The notes under the pieces were generated by a model. That model was given only the letters and a program-made list of their open reading frames with translations. It was not told where the DNA came from and did no database searches. DNA of 64,000 bases from Pseudomonadota bacterium (GTDB taxonomy: Bacteria > Pseudomonadota > Alphaproteobacteria > Micavibrionales > CSBR16-224): NCBI GenBank assembly GCA_013285465.1, contig CP053449.1, forward strand, positions 741,540-805,539. Direction: 5' to 3'. Position 1 is the stretch's first letter; every line of letters begins with the position of its first letter. The position numbers and the translations under genes were made by a program. This document shows positions 1 to 9,558 of this stretch, piece after piece.

Positions 1-438
1 TTTTACAGCGGTAACAAGAGTCTTGGAGTCCAGATAGGCATACAACGAAAGGTTTTCTGTAATTGCTGTAGTATCATAATGCACTTCCAAGAATTGATTA
101 AATATCTTTTGAATGAGAGAGCTATATTGTTGGTTGCTGTCAATTGCGTCCATTATTGATGAAAGCTCTTGGTAAGCAGGTAGGGCATAGTTTTTTTTGA
201 CATTTAAAAGAGCGTTTAAGTTAGCAATGAGCATTGCTAGTACTTGATTAATTTGTGATAAAGATTTTTCGCGTTCTTTACTCTTGTTAAGAAACCATAC
301 GCAATATGCACCACCAAAGGCACCAAAAGCTGAGCCTATAGCCGCCGTCATAAAATCGGGAGAAAGAAAGCCTACTGCCCACTCCCAAAATGTGAGTAAG
401 AAATTCGTGATTGTGACACCGACATCCTTATAGGCCAT
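1..438 (-). CDS. hypothetical membrane protein, 3' end cut by window edge
   Basis: Absent from the ORF track because it is open at the edge. The minus strand from ATG (complement of 436-438) reads MAYKDVGVTITNFLLTFWEWAVGFLSPDFMTAAIGSAFGAFGGAYCVWFLNKSKEREK... for 146 codons with no stop. Hydrophobic N-terminus followed by a polar helical region. Visibly AT-rich. Confidence 0.4.
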   Translation of the reverse strand, partial: MAYKDVGVTITNFLLTFWEWAVGFLSPDFMTAAIGSAFGAFGGAYCVWFLNKSKEREKSLSQINQVLAMLIANLNALLNVKKNYALPAYQELSSIMDAIDSNQQYSSLIQKIFNQFLEVHYDTTAITENLSLYAYLDSKTLVTAVK

Positions 439-444
439 CGCGTG

Positions 445-1719
445 TTATGCCGTCTTCTTATTCGCAGGATTACGCGGGTCTTCCAGCCAGGTCATATAGG
501 GCTTGTCGTGCTGGACTTCCTCCATCGTGATGCAATCATCCACAGGGCAGACATGCATGCACAGGTTACAGCCGACGCATTCCGCATCAATCACCGTATA
601 TTTGCGGTCACCATCGACGCGCTCCGCGGTAATCGCCTGATGCGAGGTATCCTCGCAGGCAATGTGGCACAGCCCGCATTTGATGCACAAATCCTGATTG
701 ATCAGCGCTTTGATATCGTAATTCATATCCAGCTGACCCCAATTGACGAAGTTTTTCGAGGCTTGGCCGCGGAAATCCTCGATGGTGTCATAACCTTTTT
801 CATCCATCCAGTTATTCAACCCGTCAACCATATCTTCAACGATTTTAAAGCCGTAATGCATGGCCGCCGTGCAAACCTGTACCGTGCCTGCACCCAGCGC
901 AATAAATTCCGCCGCATCGCGCCATGTTTCCACGCCGCCGATGCCGGAGATCGGAATGTTTTTGCAATCAGGGTCGCGGGCAATCTCGCCGACCATATTC
1001 AGCGCAATCGGCTTCACAGCCGGGCCGCAATAACCGCCATGCGCGCCTTTGCCGTTCACGACAGGCTCGGGTGCCATCACATCAAGATTGACCGAGGTGA
1101 TGGAATTGATGGTGTTGATCAGGGAGACACCATCCGCACCGCCATTCACTGCCGCACGGGCGGGCAGGAGGATATTGGTGATATTCGGCGTCAGCTTGAC
1201 CAGTGTCGGAATTTTGGTGTGTTTCTTGCACCATTCCGTGACCATCTGGATATATTCGGGAACCTGACCAACGGCGGAGCCCATACCGCGTTCGGACATG
1301 CCATGCGGGCAGCCGAAATTCAGCTCGATGCCGTCACAACCCGTCGTTTCAACGCGGCGCAGTATTTTTTCCCAGCTTTCTTCTTCACAAGGCACCATCA
1401 GCGACACAATCATGGCGCGGTCGGGCCAGTTCTTTTTCACGCGGGAAATTTCCGTCAGATTCACGTCCAGCGGACGGTCGGTAATCAGCTCGATATTATT
1501 AAAACCGGCAATTTTCGAGCCGTTATAATGCATCGCGCCATAGCGGGAGGAGACATTTACAACCGGCGGATCTTCGCCCAGCGTTTTCCAGACAACGCCG
1601 CCCCATCCGGCTTCAAAAGCGCGCACGACGTTATATTCCTTATCCGTCGGCGGTGCCGAGGCCAGCCAGAACGGGTTGGGGGATTTAATACCGACAAAAT
1701 TTGAACTAAGGTCTGCCAT
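445..1719 (-). CDS. preA: NAD-dependent dihydropyrimidine dehydrogenase subunit PreA (DHOD-like TIM barrel plus 2x[4Fe-4S] ferredoxin tail)
   Basis: MADLSSNFVGIKSPNPFWLASAPP..., GCPHGM, and C-terminal CIKCGLCHIACED and CVGCNLCMHVCPV cluster motifs. Start moved to the ATG at 1719 (MADLS); the track ORF runs on upstream into preT. Confidence 0.9.
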   Translation of the reverse strand: MADLSSNFVGIKSPNPFWLASAPPTDKEYNVVRAFEAGWGGVVWKTLGEDPPVVNVSSRYGAMHYNGSKIAGFNNIELITDRPLDVNLTEISRVKKNWPDRAMIVSLMVPCEEESWEKILRRVETTGCDGIELNFGCPHGMSERGMGSAVGQVPEYIQMVTEWCKKHTKIPTLVKLTPNITNILLPARAAVNGGADGVSLINTINSITSVNLDVMAPEPVVNGKGAHGGYCGPAVKPIALNMVGEIARDPDCKNIPISGIGGVETWRDAAEFIALGAGTVQVCTAAMHYGFKIVEDMVDGLNNWMDEKGYDTIEDFRGQASKNFVNWGQLDMNYDIKALINQDLCIKCGLCHIACEDTSHQAITAERVDGDRKYTVIDAECVGCNLCMHVCPVDDCITMEEVQHDKPYMTWLEDPRNPANKKTA

Positions 1720-1747
1720 AATGAAATGTCCTTTTTCTTGAAATATT

Positions 1748-3148
1748 TTAAGCCGAAAGCGCGCGGTCAATAGCGATGGCGGCGCGTTTGCCGTCCTCGA
1801 CCGCCGCAACGGTTAAATCCTGCCCTTCGGTGCAATCACCGCCCGCCCAGACATTGTCCAGCGAGGTCTGACAATCTTCATTCACCGCAATCTTGCCCTT
1901 CGGCGTGATGGTCAGCAAATCGCGCCCGCCGTCCTGCAAGGGGGAGGGAACAAAATACTGCCCGATGGCCTTATAGACCGTATCGACCAGCAGGGTAAAA
2001 CTATCGCCCGTGCCCATCAGCTTGCCGTTTCCATCCAGCTGCGTGTATTCAAATTCAATCTGGCGGACATGACCGTTCCAGCCGATCAAGCGTTTCGGCT
2101 GTGCCCAATGTTTGATCAAGACACCGTTTTCCTGTGCAAGGTCTTGCTCGTGCCAGGTCGCACTCATTTCATCCGGTCCGCGGCGGTAAACCAGCGTTAC
2201 ATCTTCCGCACCCAGACGTTTGGTCTGGATGGCGATATCAATGGCGGTGTTGCCGCCGCCGATCACGACGATCTTGCGCCCGACGGGCAGATCGGCAAAA
2301 TCTTTGGCCTGACGTAGCGCGGCAATATAATCAACGGCGTTTTCCACGCCCTCTAAATCCTCACCATCCAGCCCCAGCTTATTGACACCGGCAAGACCCA
2401 TGCCGAGGAAGACCGCATCATAATCGCGGCGCAAATCTTCCAGCTTGATATTGTCGCCCAATCTCTGACCGTTACGGATTTCAATGCCGCCGATGGAGAG
2501 AATATAGTCCAGCTCCTGCTGTGCGAAATCATCGGGCAGCTTATAGGCGGCGATACCGTATTCATTCAGGCCGCCGGCTTTTTCATGGGCTTCAAAGACA
2601 ACGACATCATGCCCCAGTGTCGCCAGACGATGCGTGCAAGACATACCGGCAGGACCGCCGCCGACCACGGCGACTTTTTTGCCCGTCGCGGCTTTACGCG
2701 TAAAGATTTGTTTGTCATCACGCGCCATCAAACCGTCAACGGCATAGCGCTGCAGGCGGCCGATTTTGACAGGCTGGCTGTTTTGCGTATTGCGTACGCA
2801 GGCATCTTCGCACAGTTCTTCCACAGGGCAGACACGCGCACAGGCACCGCCCATAATATTGGCACTCAGAATATCCGTGGCAGCGCCTTTGACATTATTT
2901 GTCGAGATTTTGTGGATAAAGCTCGGAATATCGATCCCCGTCGGGCAAGCCTCAACGCAAGGCGCGTCATAGCAGAAATAGCAACGGTCAGCCTCGATCA
3001 CCGCACGGCGGCGGTCAAGCGCGGGCAGCAAATCGCTGAAATTCTCGTTATAGGCTTCCGCATTCAGCCGTCCGGCTTTAATATCCGGCGTTTCCGGTAC
3101 GGGCGGCATTTCGATCGGCGTTTTCGCCGCTTGGGAACTATCAGTCAT
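1748..3148 (-). CDS. preT: dihydropyrimidine dehydrogenase subunit PreT (glutamate synthase small-chain-like FAD/NAD oxidoreductase)
   Basis: Fe-S Cys motifs CYFCYDAPCVEACP and CARVCPVEELCEDAC. Dinucleotide folds VAVVGGGPAGMSC and IVVIGGGNTAID. Lies immediately upstream of preA on the same strand. Start chosen at MTDSSQ. Confidence 0.85.
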   Translation of the reverse strand: MTDSSQAAKTPIEMPPVPETPDIKAGRLNAEAYNENFSDLLPALDRRRAVIEADRCYFCYDAPCVEACPTGIDIPSFIHKISTNNVKGAATDILSANIMGGACARVCPVEELCEDACVRNTQNSQPVKIGRLQRYAVDGLMARDDKQIFTRKAATGKKVAVVGGGPAGMSCTHRLATLGHDVVVFEAHEKAGGLNEYGIAAYKLPDDFAQQELDYILSIGGIEIRNGQRLGDNIKLEDLRRDYDAVFLGMGLAGVNKLGLDGEDLEGVENAVDYIAALRQAKDFADLPVGRKIVVIGGGNTAIDIAIQTKRLGAEDVTLVYRRGPDEMSATWHEQDLAQENGVLIKHWAQPKRLIGWNGHVRQIEFEYTQLDGNGKLMGTGDSFTLLVDTVYKAIGQYFVPSPLQDGGRDLLTITPKGKIAVNEDCQTSLDNVWAGGDCTEGQDLTVAAVEDGKRAAIAIDRALSA

Positions 3149-3405
3149 TCTGGTCCTCAAAATCTGGTCAGTGTTGTCTTGCTTACACACACGCTTTATA
3201 ACCACGCCAGCAGTCAGAGGAATTTTTTTATTGCAGAAAAGGTAGTCGAAGCCATCCCTCCCGTCAAGCCTTCCAACAGCTTAGGGCCGTTTCGGAAGAA
3301 TGTTTCAAGATTCCGAAAAATATTTAATTTTTGACATCACGGCAGGCTTTTCCTACACTTTCAAACACAGCATATATCGAAGAAAAAAATCATTGGGAGA
3401 ATCGA

Positions 3406-4056
3406 ATGAACAAGTCCTTGCGTCTTGCCATTGAGGGTAATATTGGTGTCGGAAAGTCAACTTTGCTTAACACTCTGCCCGCACAGCTCGGCGATAACTG
3501 GTTCCCGCTTCCCGAACGCGCTGACGAAGACCCCGAATTCCGCCGCCTTTTGAACGAGTTTTACGCCGATCCGAATAAACGCGTCAATCTGCAGGCATGG
3601 ATCACCAATAGCCGCATTGAAGAATGCAAAACCCTGCGCGCAGACAGCAACTATATTTTCGAACGCTCCTTCATCGGCGATATGATCTTCTGCCACGCCA
3701 ATTTCATGCGCCATGAACGCCCCTCGGGCGAATTGCTTGGCTTTTACTACGATATTATGAAGGCGGCAAAGGATCATCCGCTTGATGCGCTGATCTATCT
3801 GAAAGCCTCGCCGGAAACCTGCCACAGCCGCATTCTTGACCGCAGCCGCGCCGCTGAAGACGGCATCCCGATGAGCTATATCCGCTATCTGCACGGCTGC
3901 TATGAAACCCATCTGCCGGAAATTGCCCGCACGCTGAATATTCCGGTGATCGAAATCGATTGGGAAAGCTTCCAAAAAACCGAATATGTTGCGGAAAAGC
4001 TTGAAAATTTCATACAAAATGGTATATATGGCACGACAATAAGGAAAATCGCCTAA
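3406..4056 (+). CDS. deoxynucleoside kinase family protein
   Basis: P-loop IEGNIGVGKSTLL, ERS motif (IFERSFIGD) and LID-like RILDRSRAAEDGI. GGGAGA Shine-Dalgarno 6 nt upstream of the ATG at 3406. Confidence 0.8.
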   Translation: MNKSLRLAIEGNIGVGKSTLLNTLPAQLGDNWFPLPERADEDPEFRRLLNEFYADPNKRVNLQAWITNSRIEECKTLRADSNYIFERSFIGDMIFCHANFMRHERPSGELLGFYYDIMKAAKDHPLDALIYLKASPETCHSRILDRSRAAEDGIPMSYIRYLHGCYETHLPEIARTLNIPVIEIDWESFQKTEYVAEKLENFIQNGIYGTTIRKIA

Positions 4057-4083
4057 AGCTTTTATAGCTGAACGGAGTGCCAA

Positions 4084-5064
4084 ATGCAGAAAATTTCCGC
4101 CGTCATTTTCGACGTCGATAACACGCTTTATGATTTCACCGCCTTCTATCGCCCGGCTTTCGAGGCGATGCTCGATAAAATCTCTGAAAAAAGCGGCATT
4201 GATCAGGAACAGCTGAAAAAAGAATTCCGCGCCATCCATCAGCGCGAAGGCACCTCCGAATTCGTTTTCGCCGTACAGGAGCTCCCATCTTTAAAGAAAT
4301 TGCATCCCGGCGAAGACCTTACCGAAACCTATGCCGATGCCATCCATGCCTTCCGCAAGGCACGTAAACAGAATTTGAAGCTCTATGACGGCGTGAAAGA
4401 AACGCTGGAAAAGCTGAAAGAGTCAGGCACGCGCATCATTGCCTATACGGAATCCCCCGGCTATCACGCCATGTCACGCTTGAAACAACTGGGGCTGGAC
4501 GGTCTTATTGACTGCGTTTATTCAATGCCCGACCATGACATGCCCGGCCAAGTCAAACGCGAAGATGTGCGCCTTTACGATAAAAGCAATTACGCCTTCG
4601 CAAAAACCGAAATGCGCCACACCACGCCGGGGGTTTTAAAACCGAACCCGGAAACACTGGAGGGCATTGTCGAAGAACTCAATATCGATGCGGATGAAGT
4701 CCTCTATGTCGGCGATCACTTAATGAAGGATGTCAGCATGGCAAAGGCGATGGGGCTGCACGCCGCCCATGCCGCCTATGGCTCCTATATGGGCGACAAT
4801 AATTACGAATTGCTCAAACAGCTGACCTTCTGGACCGATGAGATGATCGAAAAGGAAAAACAATATCACGACCAACCCCAAATCGCGCCCGATACCACGC
4901 TGTCCAAAAACATCAATGAACTGTTCCGGCATTTCACCTTTACTGCCTATCAGGGAACCCCGAAAGACAGCGCCAAATTCGCCGCCAGCCCGTTCTGCAA
5001 AACCACGCAGGATGCGGAAAAACCATCCGCCAAACAACAATCCCCGAAAACACCGAAACGCTAA
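4084..5064 (+). CDS. HAD-superfamily hydrolase with basic C-terminal tail
   Basis: HAD motif I VIFDVDNTLYDF, motif III-like K(PNP) and motif IV VGDHLMKDV. About 90 aa of extra C-terminal low-complexity sequence. Confidence 0.75.
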   Translation: MQKISAVIFDVDNTLYDFTAFYRPAFEAMLDKISEKSGIDQEQLKKEFRAIHQREGTSEFVFAVQELPSLKKLHPGEDLTETYADAIHAFRKARKQNLKLYDGVKETLEKLKESGTRIIAYTESPGYHAMSRLKQLGLDGLIDCVYSMPDHDMPGQVKREDVRLYDKSNYAFAKTEMRHTTPGVLKPNPETLEGIVEELNIDADEVLYVGDHLMKDVSMAKAMGLHAAHAAYGSYMGDNNYELLKQLTFWTDEMIEKEKQYHDQPQIAPDTTLSKNINELFRHFTFTAYQGTPKDSAKFAASPFCKTTQDAEKPSAKQQSPKTPKR

Positions 5065-5151
5065 AAACGGGCTTTTCAGCTTGCATGAATACGAAAAATA
5101 GCGTATTCAAAGGGCCTGAAAAACTTTGCTTTTACGGCGTAATGAACAGTC

Positions 5152-6459
5152 ATGGATAATGTGAACACGGAAACAGTCGCGGAAAATGAAACCACCGCTC
5201 CGCAAGATATTGATATCGTCACCTTCGGCTGTCGATTGAATATCCATGAATCCGAAGTCATGCGCGACCATGCCAAATCAGCCGGATTGAAAGACACCGT
5301 CATCATCAATACCTGCGCCGTGACGAAAGAGGCGGAGCGCAGTGCGCGTCAAGCCATCCGCCGTTTGCGCCGCGAACGTCCCTCGGCAAATATCGTCGTC
5401 ACAGGCTGTTCGGCGCAGATTGATCCCGCAAGCTATGCCAAAATGCCCGAGGTTAATCATGTCATCGGCAATGATTTGAAATTGAAGGCCGAAACATGGC
5501 AGAGCGCACAACATCCGCCCGCAAAAGTACTCGTCAATGACATCATGTCGGTGAAAGAAACCGCAGGCCATCTGATCAGCGGCTTTGAAACCCATGCCCG
5601 CGCTTTCGTCCAAGTGCAAAACGGCTGTGACCACCGCTGCACTTTCTGCATCATTCCCTTCGGGCGCGGCAATTCGCGCTCCGTCCCGATTGGCGAGATT
5701 GTCGATCAGGTGCGCAAACTCGTCGCCGCAGGCTATGCCGAGGTTGTGCTGACAGGCGTTGACGTCACCTCCTACGGGCCTGATCTGCCGGGCAATCCGA
5801 CGCTGGGGCAGATGATCCGCCGCTTGCTGGCACTCGTCCCTGAACTGACGCGGTTGCGCCTGTCCTCGCTTGATCCTGTCGAAATTGATGATGATCTCTG
5901 GCATCTGATCGAACATGAGCCGCGCTTGATGCCGCATCTGCATCTTTCCGTTCAGGCAGGGGATGATATGATTTTAAAACGGATGAAGCGCCGCCATCTA
6001 CGCAAAGATATTCTCGATGTTTGTGAAAAGGCGCGCCGTCTGCGCCCTGATATTGTCTTCGGCGCGGATATCATCGCAGGCTTTCCGACCGAAACCGACG
6101 AGATGTTTGAAAATACCCGCAAGCTGGTGGCGGAGGCGGGGCTGGCCTATCTGCATGTCTTCCCTTATTCGCCGCGCCCCGGAACGCCTGCGGCACGGAT
6201 GCCGCAAGTGGCGGGCAATATCCGCAAATCCCGCGCCGCCATTCTGCGTGCGGAAGGCGCAACGCAGTTACAGGCATTGCTGGCAAAACATGACGGCAGC
6301 CTGTGCAATGTGCTGGTGGAAAAAAACAATGCGGGGCATAGTGAACATTTCCTGCCTGTTGTGCTACAAGAAGAAAATGATGACGTTCCGCACGGAACAC
6401 TTCTGCCGGTGCGCATTACCGGCATCACGGAAGACAAAGCATTGGGAGTGCGCGCATGA
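5152..6459 (+). CDS. mtaB: radical-SAM methylthiotransferase, MtaB-like (tRNA t6A37 methylthiolation)
   Basis: UPF0004 N-domain ([12 protein letters not shown]...INTCAVT...VTGC), radical [14 protein letters not shown] and a TRAM-like C-terminus. ATGA overlap with ftsY; I recall the mtaB-ftsY order as common in alphaproteobacteria (from memory, not checked here). Confidence 0.85.
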   Translation: MDNVNTETVAENETTAPQDIDIVTFGCRLNIHESEVMRDHAKSAGLKDTVIINTCAVTKEAERSARQAIRRLRRERPSANIVVTGCSAQIDPASYAKMPEVNHVIGNDLKLKAETWQSAQHPPAKVLVNDIMSVKETAGHLISGFETHARAFVQVQNGCDHRCTFCIIPFGRGNSRSVPIGEIVDQVRKLVAAGYAEVVLTGVDVTSYGPDLPGNPTLGQMIRRLLALVPELTRLRLSSLDPVEIDDDLWHLIEHEPRLMPHLHLSVQAGDDMILKRMKRRHLRKDILDVCEKARRLRPDIVFGADIIAGFPTETDEMFENTRKLVAEAGLAYLHVFPYSPRPGTPAARMPQVAGNIRKSRAAILRAEGATQLQALLAKHDGSLCNVLVEKNNAGHSEHFLPVVLQEENDDVPHGTLLPVRITGITEDKALGVRA

Positions 6460-7802
6460 TCTGGTTTTTTCGCAAGAAAAAAAAGGATAAACCGAAAGAG
6501 GAAGAGCTTCCCGTAGAAGAAGCGGCGGAAGAAGTTGTCGCAGAACCCGCGCCCGAACCGGAACCCGAACCCGAACCCGAACCCGCGCCCGAACCTGTCG
6601 CTGAAATTGTCGAAGAGATAGAAGAAACAGTGCTGGAAGTTGCGGAGGTCATCGCACCGCCGCCGATTGAAACGGCAGCCGCTGTCGCCCCCGCACCGGA
6701 ACCTGCACCAGAGCCAGAGCCTGAGCCTGAGCCTGAGCCTGAGCCGGAACCCGAACCCGAACCCGAACCCGAACCCGAACCCGAACCTGAACCCGAGCCC
6801 GAGCCCGAGCCCGAACCCGTTGCTATTGCGGAAGAGGTAGCCGAAGAGCTGCCGGAAGAAAAACCGGAAGAGAAAAAAGGCTGGTTCTCTCGCCTGACGC
6901 AGGGTCTCAGCAAAACCTCCTCGCAATTAACGGAAAATATTACTGCCGTTTTCACCAAGAAAAAGCTCGATGCGCAAATGCTGGAGGAGCTGGAAGAGGC
7001 GTTGATTATCGCCGATATCGGCCCCGAAACCGCTGTGGCTTTAACGGAAGCGCTGTCAAAAGAACGCTTCGGCAAGGAAATCAGCTCCGAGGAAGTCCGC
7101 GAGTTTCTGGCGGAAAAAATTGCGGATATTCTGGAACCCGTCATGCAGCCGCTGGTGCTGGAAACGCCGGAAAGCGGCGGGCCTTGCGTGGTGCTGGTCG
7201 CGGGCGTGAACGGTGCGGGGAAAACCACGACCATCGGCAAAATGGCGCATCATTACCGCGCACAGGGCAAAAAGGTCATGATGGCCGCGGGTGATACGTT
7301 CCGCGCTGCCGCTGTGGAACAATTGAAAGTCTGGGGCGAGCGCACGGGCGCACCGGTGATTGCCAAGGATACGGGCGCAGATGCGGGCGCACTGGCCTAT
7401 GAAGCCTATGAAGCCGCGAAAAAACAGGGCATGGATATTCTGCTGGTTGATACGGCGGGGCGCTTGCAAAACAAAACCGATCTGATGGCGGAGCTGGAAA
7501 AAGTCGTGCGCGTCTTGAAAAAACATGATGAAAGCGCGCCGCATACCACGCTGCTGGTGCTGGATGCCACGGTCGGGCAGAATGCCCATAGTCAGGTTGA
7601 TATTTTCGGCAAAACCGTTGATGTGACAGGGCTGATCATGACCAAACTCGACGGTTCCGCAAAGGGCGGGGTGGTGGTGTCACTGGCACAGAAATTCGGC
7701 CTGCCGATTCATGCCATCGGTATCGGCGAGGGGGTGGATGATCTGCGTCCCTTTGATGCCGTGTCCTTCGCGCGTTCATTGATGGGGCTTGACCGGTCTT
7801 AA
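6456..7802 (+). CDS. ftsY: signal recognition particle receptor FtsY with an acidic (EP)n-rich A domain
   Basis: NG domain motifs [18 protein letters not shown] and [10 protein letters not shown]. The N-terminal 150 aa are acidic with Glu-Pro repeats. Confidence 0.95.
   Translation: MIWFFRKKKKDKPKEEELPVEEAAEEVVAEPAPEPEPEPEPEPAPEPVAEIVEEIEETVLEVAEVIAPPPIETAAAVAPAPEPAPEPEPEPEPEPEPEPEPEPEPEPEPEPEPEPEPEPEPVAIAEEVAEELPEEKPEEKKGWFSRLTQGLSKTSSQLTENITAVFTKKKLDAQMLEELEEALIIADIGPETAVALTEALSKERFGKEISSEEVREFLAEKIADILEPVMQPLVLETPESGGPCVVLVAGVNGAGKTTTIGKMAHHYRAQGKKVMMAAGDTFRAAAVEQLKVWGERTGAPVIAKDTGADAGALAYEAYEAAKKQGMDILLVDTAGRLQNKTDLMAELEKVVRVLKKHDESAPHTTLLVLDATVGQNAHSQVDIFGKTVDVTGLIMTKLDGSAKGGVVVSLAQKFGLPIHAIGIGEGVDDLRPFDAVSFARSLMGLDRS
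6543..6590 (+). repeat. in-frame GAACCN hexanucleotide repeat block 1 ([18 protein letters not shown])
   Basis: Direct reading of 6543-6590. In frame with ftsY. Confidence 0.9.
6687..6818 (+). repeat. in-frame hexanucleotide tandem repeat block 2, 18 consecutive Glu-Pro units (6711-6818) after APAPEPAP
   Basis: Runs of GAGCC(A/T), then GAACCC, then GAGCCC units read directly. In frame with ftsY. Confidence 0.9.
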
Positions 7803-7908
7803 CAACACACCCGTAAATTCTGTTACAAAAACTTAACATTTATGTGATACTGTCTGATAATGCTTTGCTTTTCTGCGGGGCGTATTTTTCGAATATTTCA
7901 AGGTTTCT

Positions 7909-9465
7909 TTGACAATGCCCACACGTTACCCTTCACCGATCAAACCCGGACGCAGCACGAAAGTGTTCCGCAGCCCTGAAAAGGCGTTGCAGCATATCAA
8001 AGAAATCTATGACAGGAATGTCACCTATTTGCGCCGCCGTTTCGAGGATTTCTGTAACAAGGAAGGCTTGCCGACGGAACGCTCCACGGCGCATTACCCC
8101 TATATCCTGTTTAAAACCAAAACCTATCCTTCGGTTGACCGCCGCTTGTCTTACGGTTTTGTCACCCAGCCGGGCATGTATTCCACAACCGTCACGCGGC
8201 CTGATATTTTTGACCATTATTTCAAGGAACAATTGACCCTGCTGTGCGAAAACCACAGCGATGCGAAACTTGAAATCGGTGTGAGCGATGTGCCGATCCC
8301 GCTGCATTTCGCACTGGGGGAGGATTTTTATCTGGAAGGTGAGCTTTCCTCGACAAAGCTGGATGCCTTGCCGCTGCTGTTTGATCTGCCTGATCTCAGT
8401 ATGATGGATGATAAAATCGCCAACGGTATTTATCTGCTGGATGAAGATACGGAGGCGAATGTGCAGCCGCTGTCCCTGTTTACTGCGCCGCGCGTTGATG
8501 TCAGCCTGCAGCGGTTGAAACATTATACGGGCACATCTTCCGAGCATTTCCAGAATTTCGTCATTTACACGAACTATCAGTTCTATATTGATGAATTTAT
8601 CCGTAACGGCATGCGTCTGATGTCTTATACGGAGGAAAAGGAACTGGCGAAAGAGCGGTCGGAATATGTCTCCTTTGTCGAGCCGGGCAATAAAATCACC
8701 CATAACGCCAATCTTCCCGGCGGGATGAGCAAAGACGGCTTTCCCCGCATCGAAGGCGGCAGTATGAGCCGTATCCCGCAAATGCCTGCCTATCACTTGA
8801 AACGGGCAAACGGGTCGGGCATTACCATGATCAATATCGGTGTCGGTCCCTCCAATGCCAAAAACATCACCGACCATGTCGCCGTGCTGCGTCCGCATGC
8901 ATGGCTGATGCTGGGTCACTGCGCGGGCCTCCGGAATTCGCAGCGTCTGGGTGATTATGTGCTGGCACATGCCTATATCCGTGAAGATGCCATTTTGGAT
9001 GATGATTTGCCGCTGCATGTGCCACTTCCGGCCTTGTCGGAAATTCAGCTGGCGCTGGCCTCGGCAATGAGCGAGGTCACAGGGCTGGATGATTACGAAT
9101 TCAAACGGATTATGCGCACGGGAACGGTTGCCAGCATTAATGACCGTAACTGGGAGCTGCGCGACCAGAAGGAGCTGATGTGGCATTTCAGCCAAAGCCG
9201 TGCGATTGCGCTGGATATGGAATCCGCGACCATTGCCGCAAACGGTTTCCGTTTCCGCGTTCCTTACGGTACGCTGCTCTGCGTGTCTGATAAGCCGCTG
9301 CACGGGCAATTGAAACTGCCGGGTATGGCGGATGAGTTCTACCGCGAACGTGTTGACCAGCACTTGAAAATCGGTCTTCTGGCAATGGAAAAACTGCGCG
9401 CCATGGGCAAGGAAAGATTGCACAGCCGCAAGTTGCGCAGCTTTACCGAAGTTGCATTTCAGTAA
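7909..9465 (+). CDS. amn: AMP nucleosidase
   Basis: Collinear with my recollection of E. coli Amn: FTAPRVDVSLQRLKHYTGT, INIGVGPSNAKNITDHVAVLRP, MESATIAANGFRFRVPYGTLLCVSDKPLHG and LHSRKLRSF. The start could be TTG 7909 or ATG 7915. Confidence 0.9.
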   Translation: MTMPTRYPSPIKPGRSTKVFRSPEKALQHIKEIYDRNVTYLRRRFEDFCNKEGLPTERSTAHYPYILFKTKTYPSVDRRLSYGFVTQPGMYSTTVTRPDIFDHYFKEQLTLLCENHSDAKLEIGVSDVPIPLHFALGEDFYLEGELSSTKLDALPLLFDLPDLSMMDDKIANGIYLLDEDTEANVQPLSLFTAPRVDVSLQRLKHYTGTSSEHFQNFVIYTNYQFYIDEFIRNGMRLMSYTEEKELAKERSEYVSFVEPGNKITHNANLPGGMSKDGFPRIEGGSMSRIPQMPAYHLKRANGSGITMINIGVGPSNAKNITDHVAVLRPHAWLMLGHCAGLRNSQRLGDYVLAHAYIREDAILDDDLPLHVPLPALSEIQLALASAMSEVTGLDDYEFKRIMRTGTVASINDRNWELRDQKELMWHFSQSRAIALDMESATIAANGFRFRVPYGTLLCVSDKPLHGQLKLPGMADEFYRERVDQHLKIGLLAMEKLRAMGKERLHSRKLRSFTEVAFQ

Positions 9466-9558
9466 AAACTTCCCGATAATAATAAACAGATATACGGATT
9501 TTCCCTTGATGGCAGGGGATGACCGCTTGGACGCAAACCGAAAGACGCGGGCAGCAGC

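Noticed and set aside
442-1704. A 420-aa plus-strand ORF opposite preA. Similar long antisense ORFs lie at 16629-17690 (opposite hldE), 47231-48118 (htpG), 58155-58976 (dgt/argS), 35734-36414 (HAD-IIA), 38569-39159 (NadQ-like), 51404-52204 (lepA) and 20394-21125 (hemW)
   Set aside because: The same codon-register antisense artefact applies. The sense-strand proteins carry clear family motifs and the antisense translations do not.
6543-6818. The regular short repeats could be taken for a CRISPR array or a non-coding microsatellite
   Set aside because: The repeat unit is 6 nt with no spacers, lies in frame inside ftsY, and encodes the acidic A-domain. It is not CRISPR-like.
6165-7240. Minus-strand ORFs with GSGSGS and [12 protein letters not shown] low-complexity runs (6165-6926 and 6425-7240)
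   Set aside because: They are the reverse-complement readings of the ftsY (Glu-Pro)n hexanucleotide array. ftsY is unambiguous from its NG domain.
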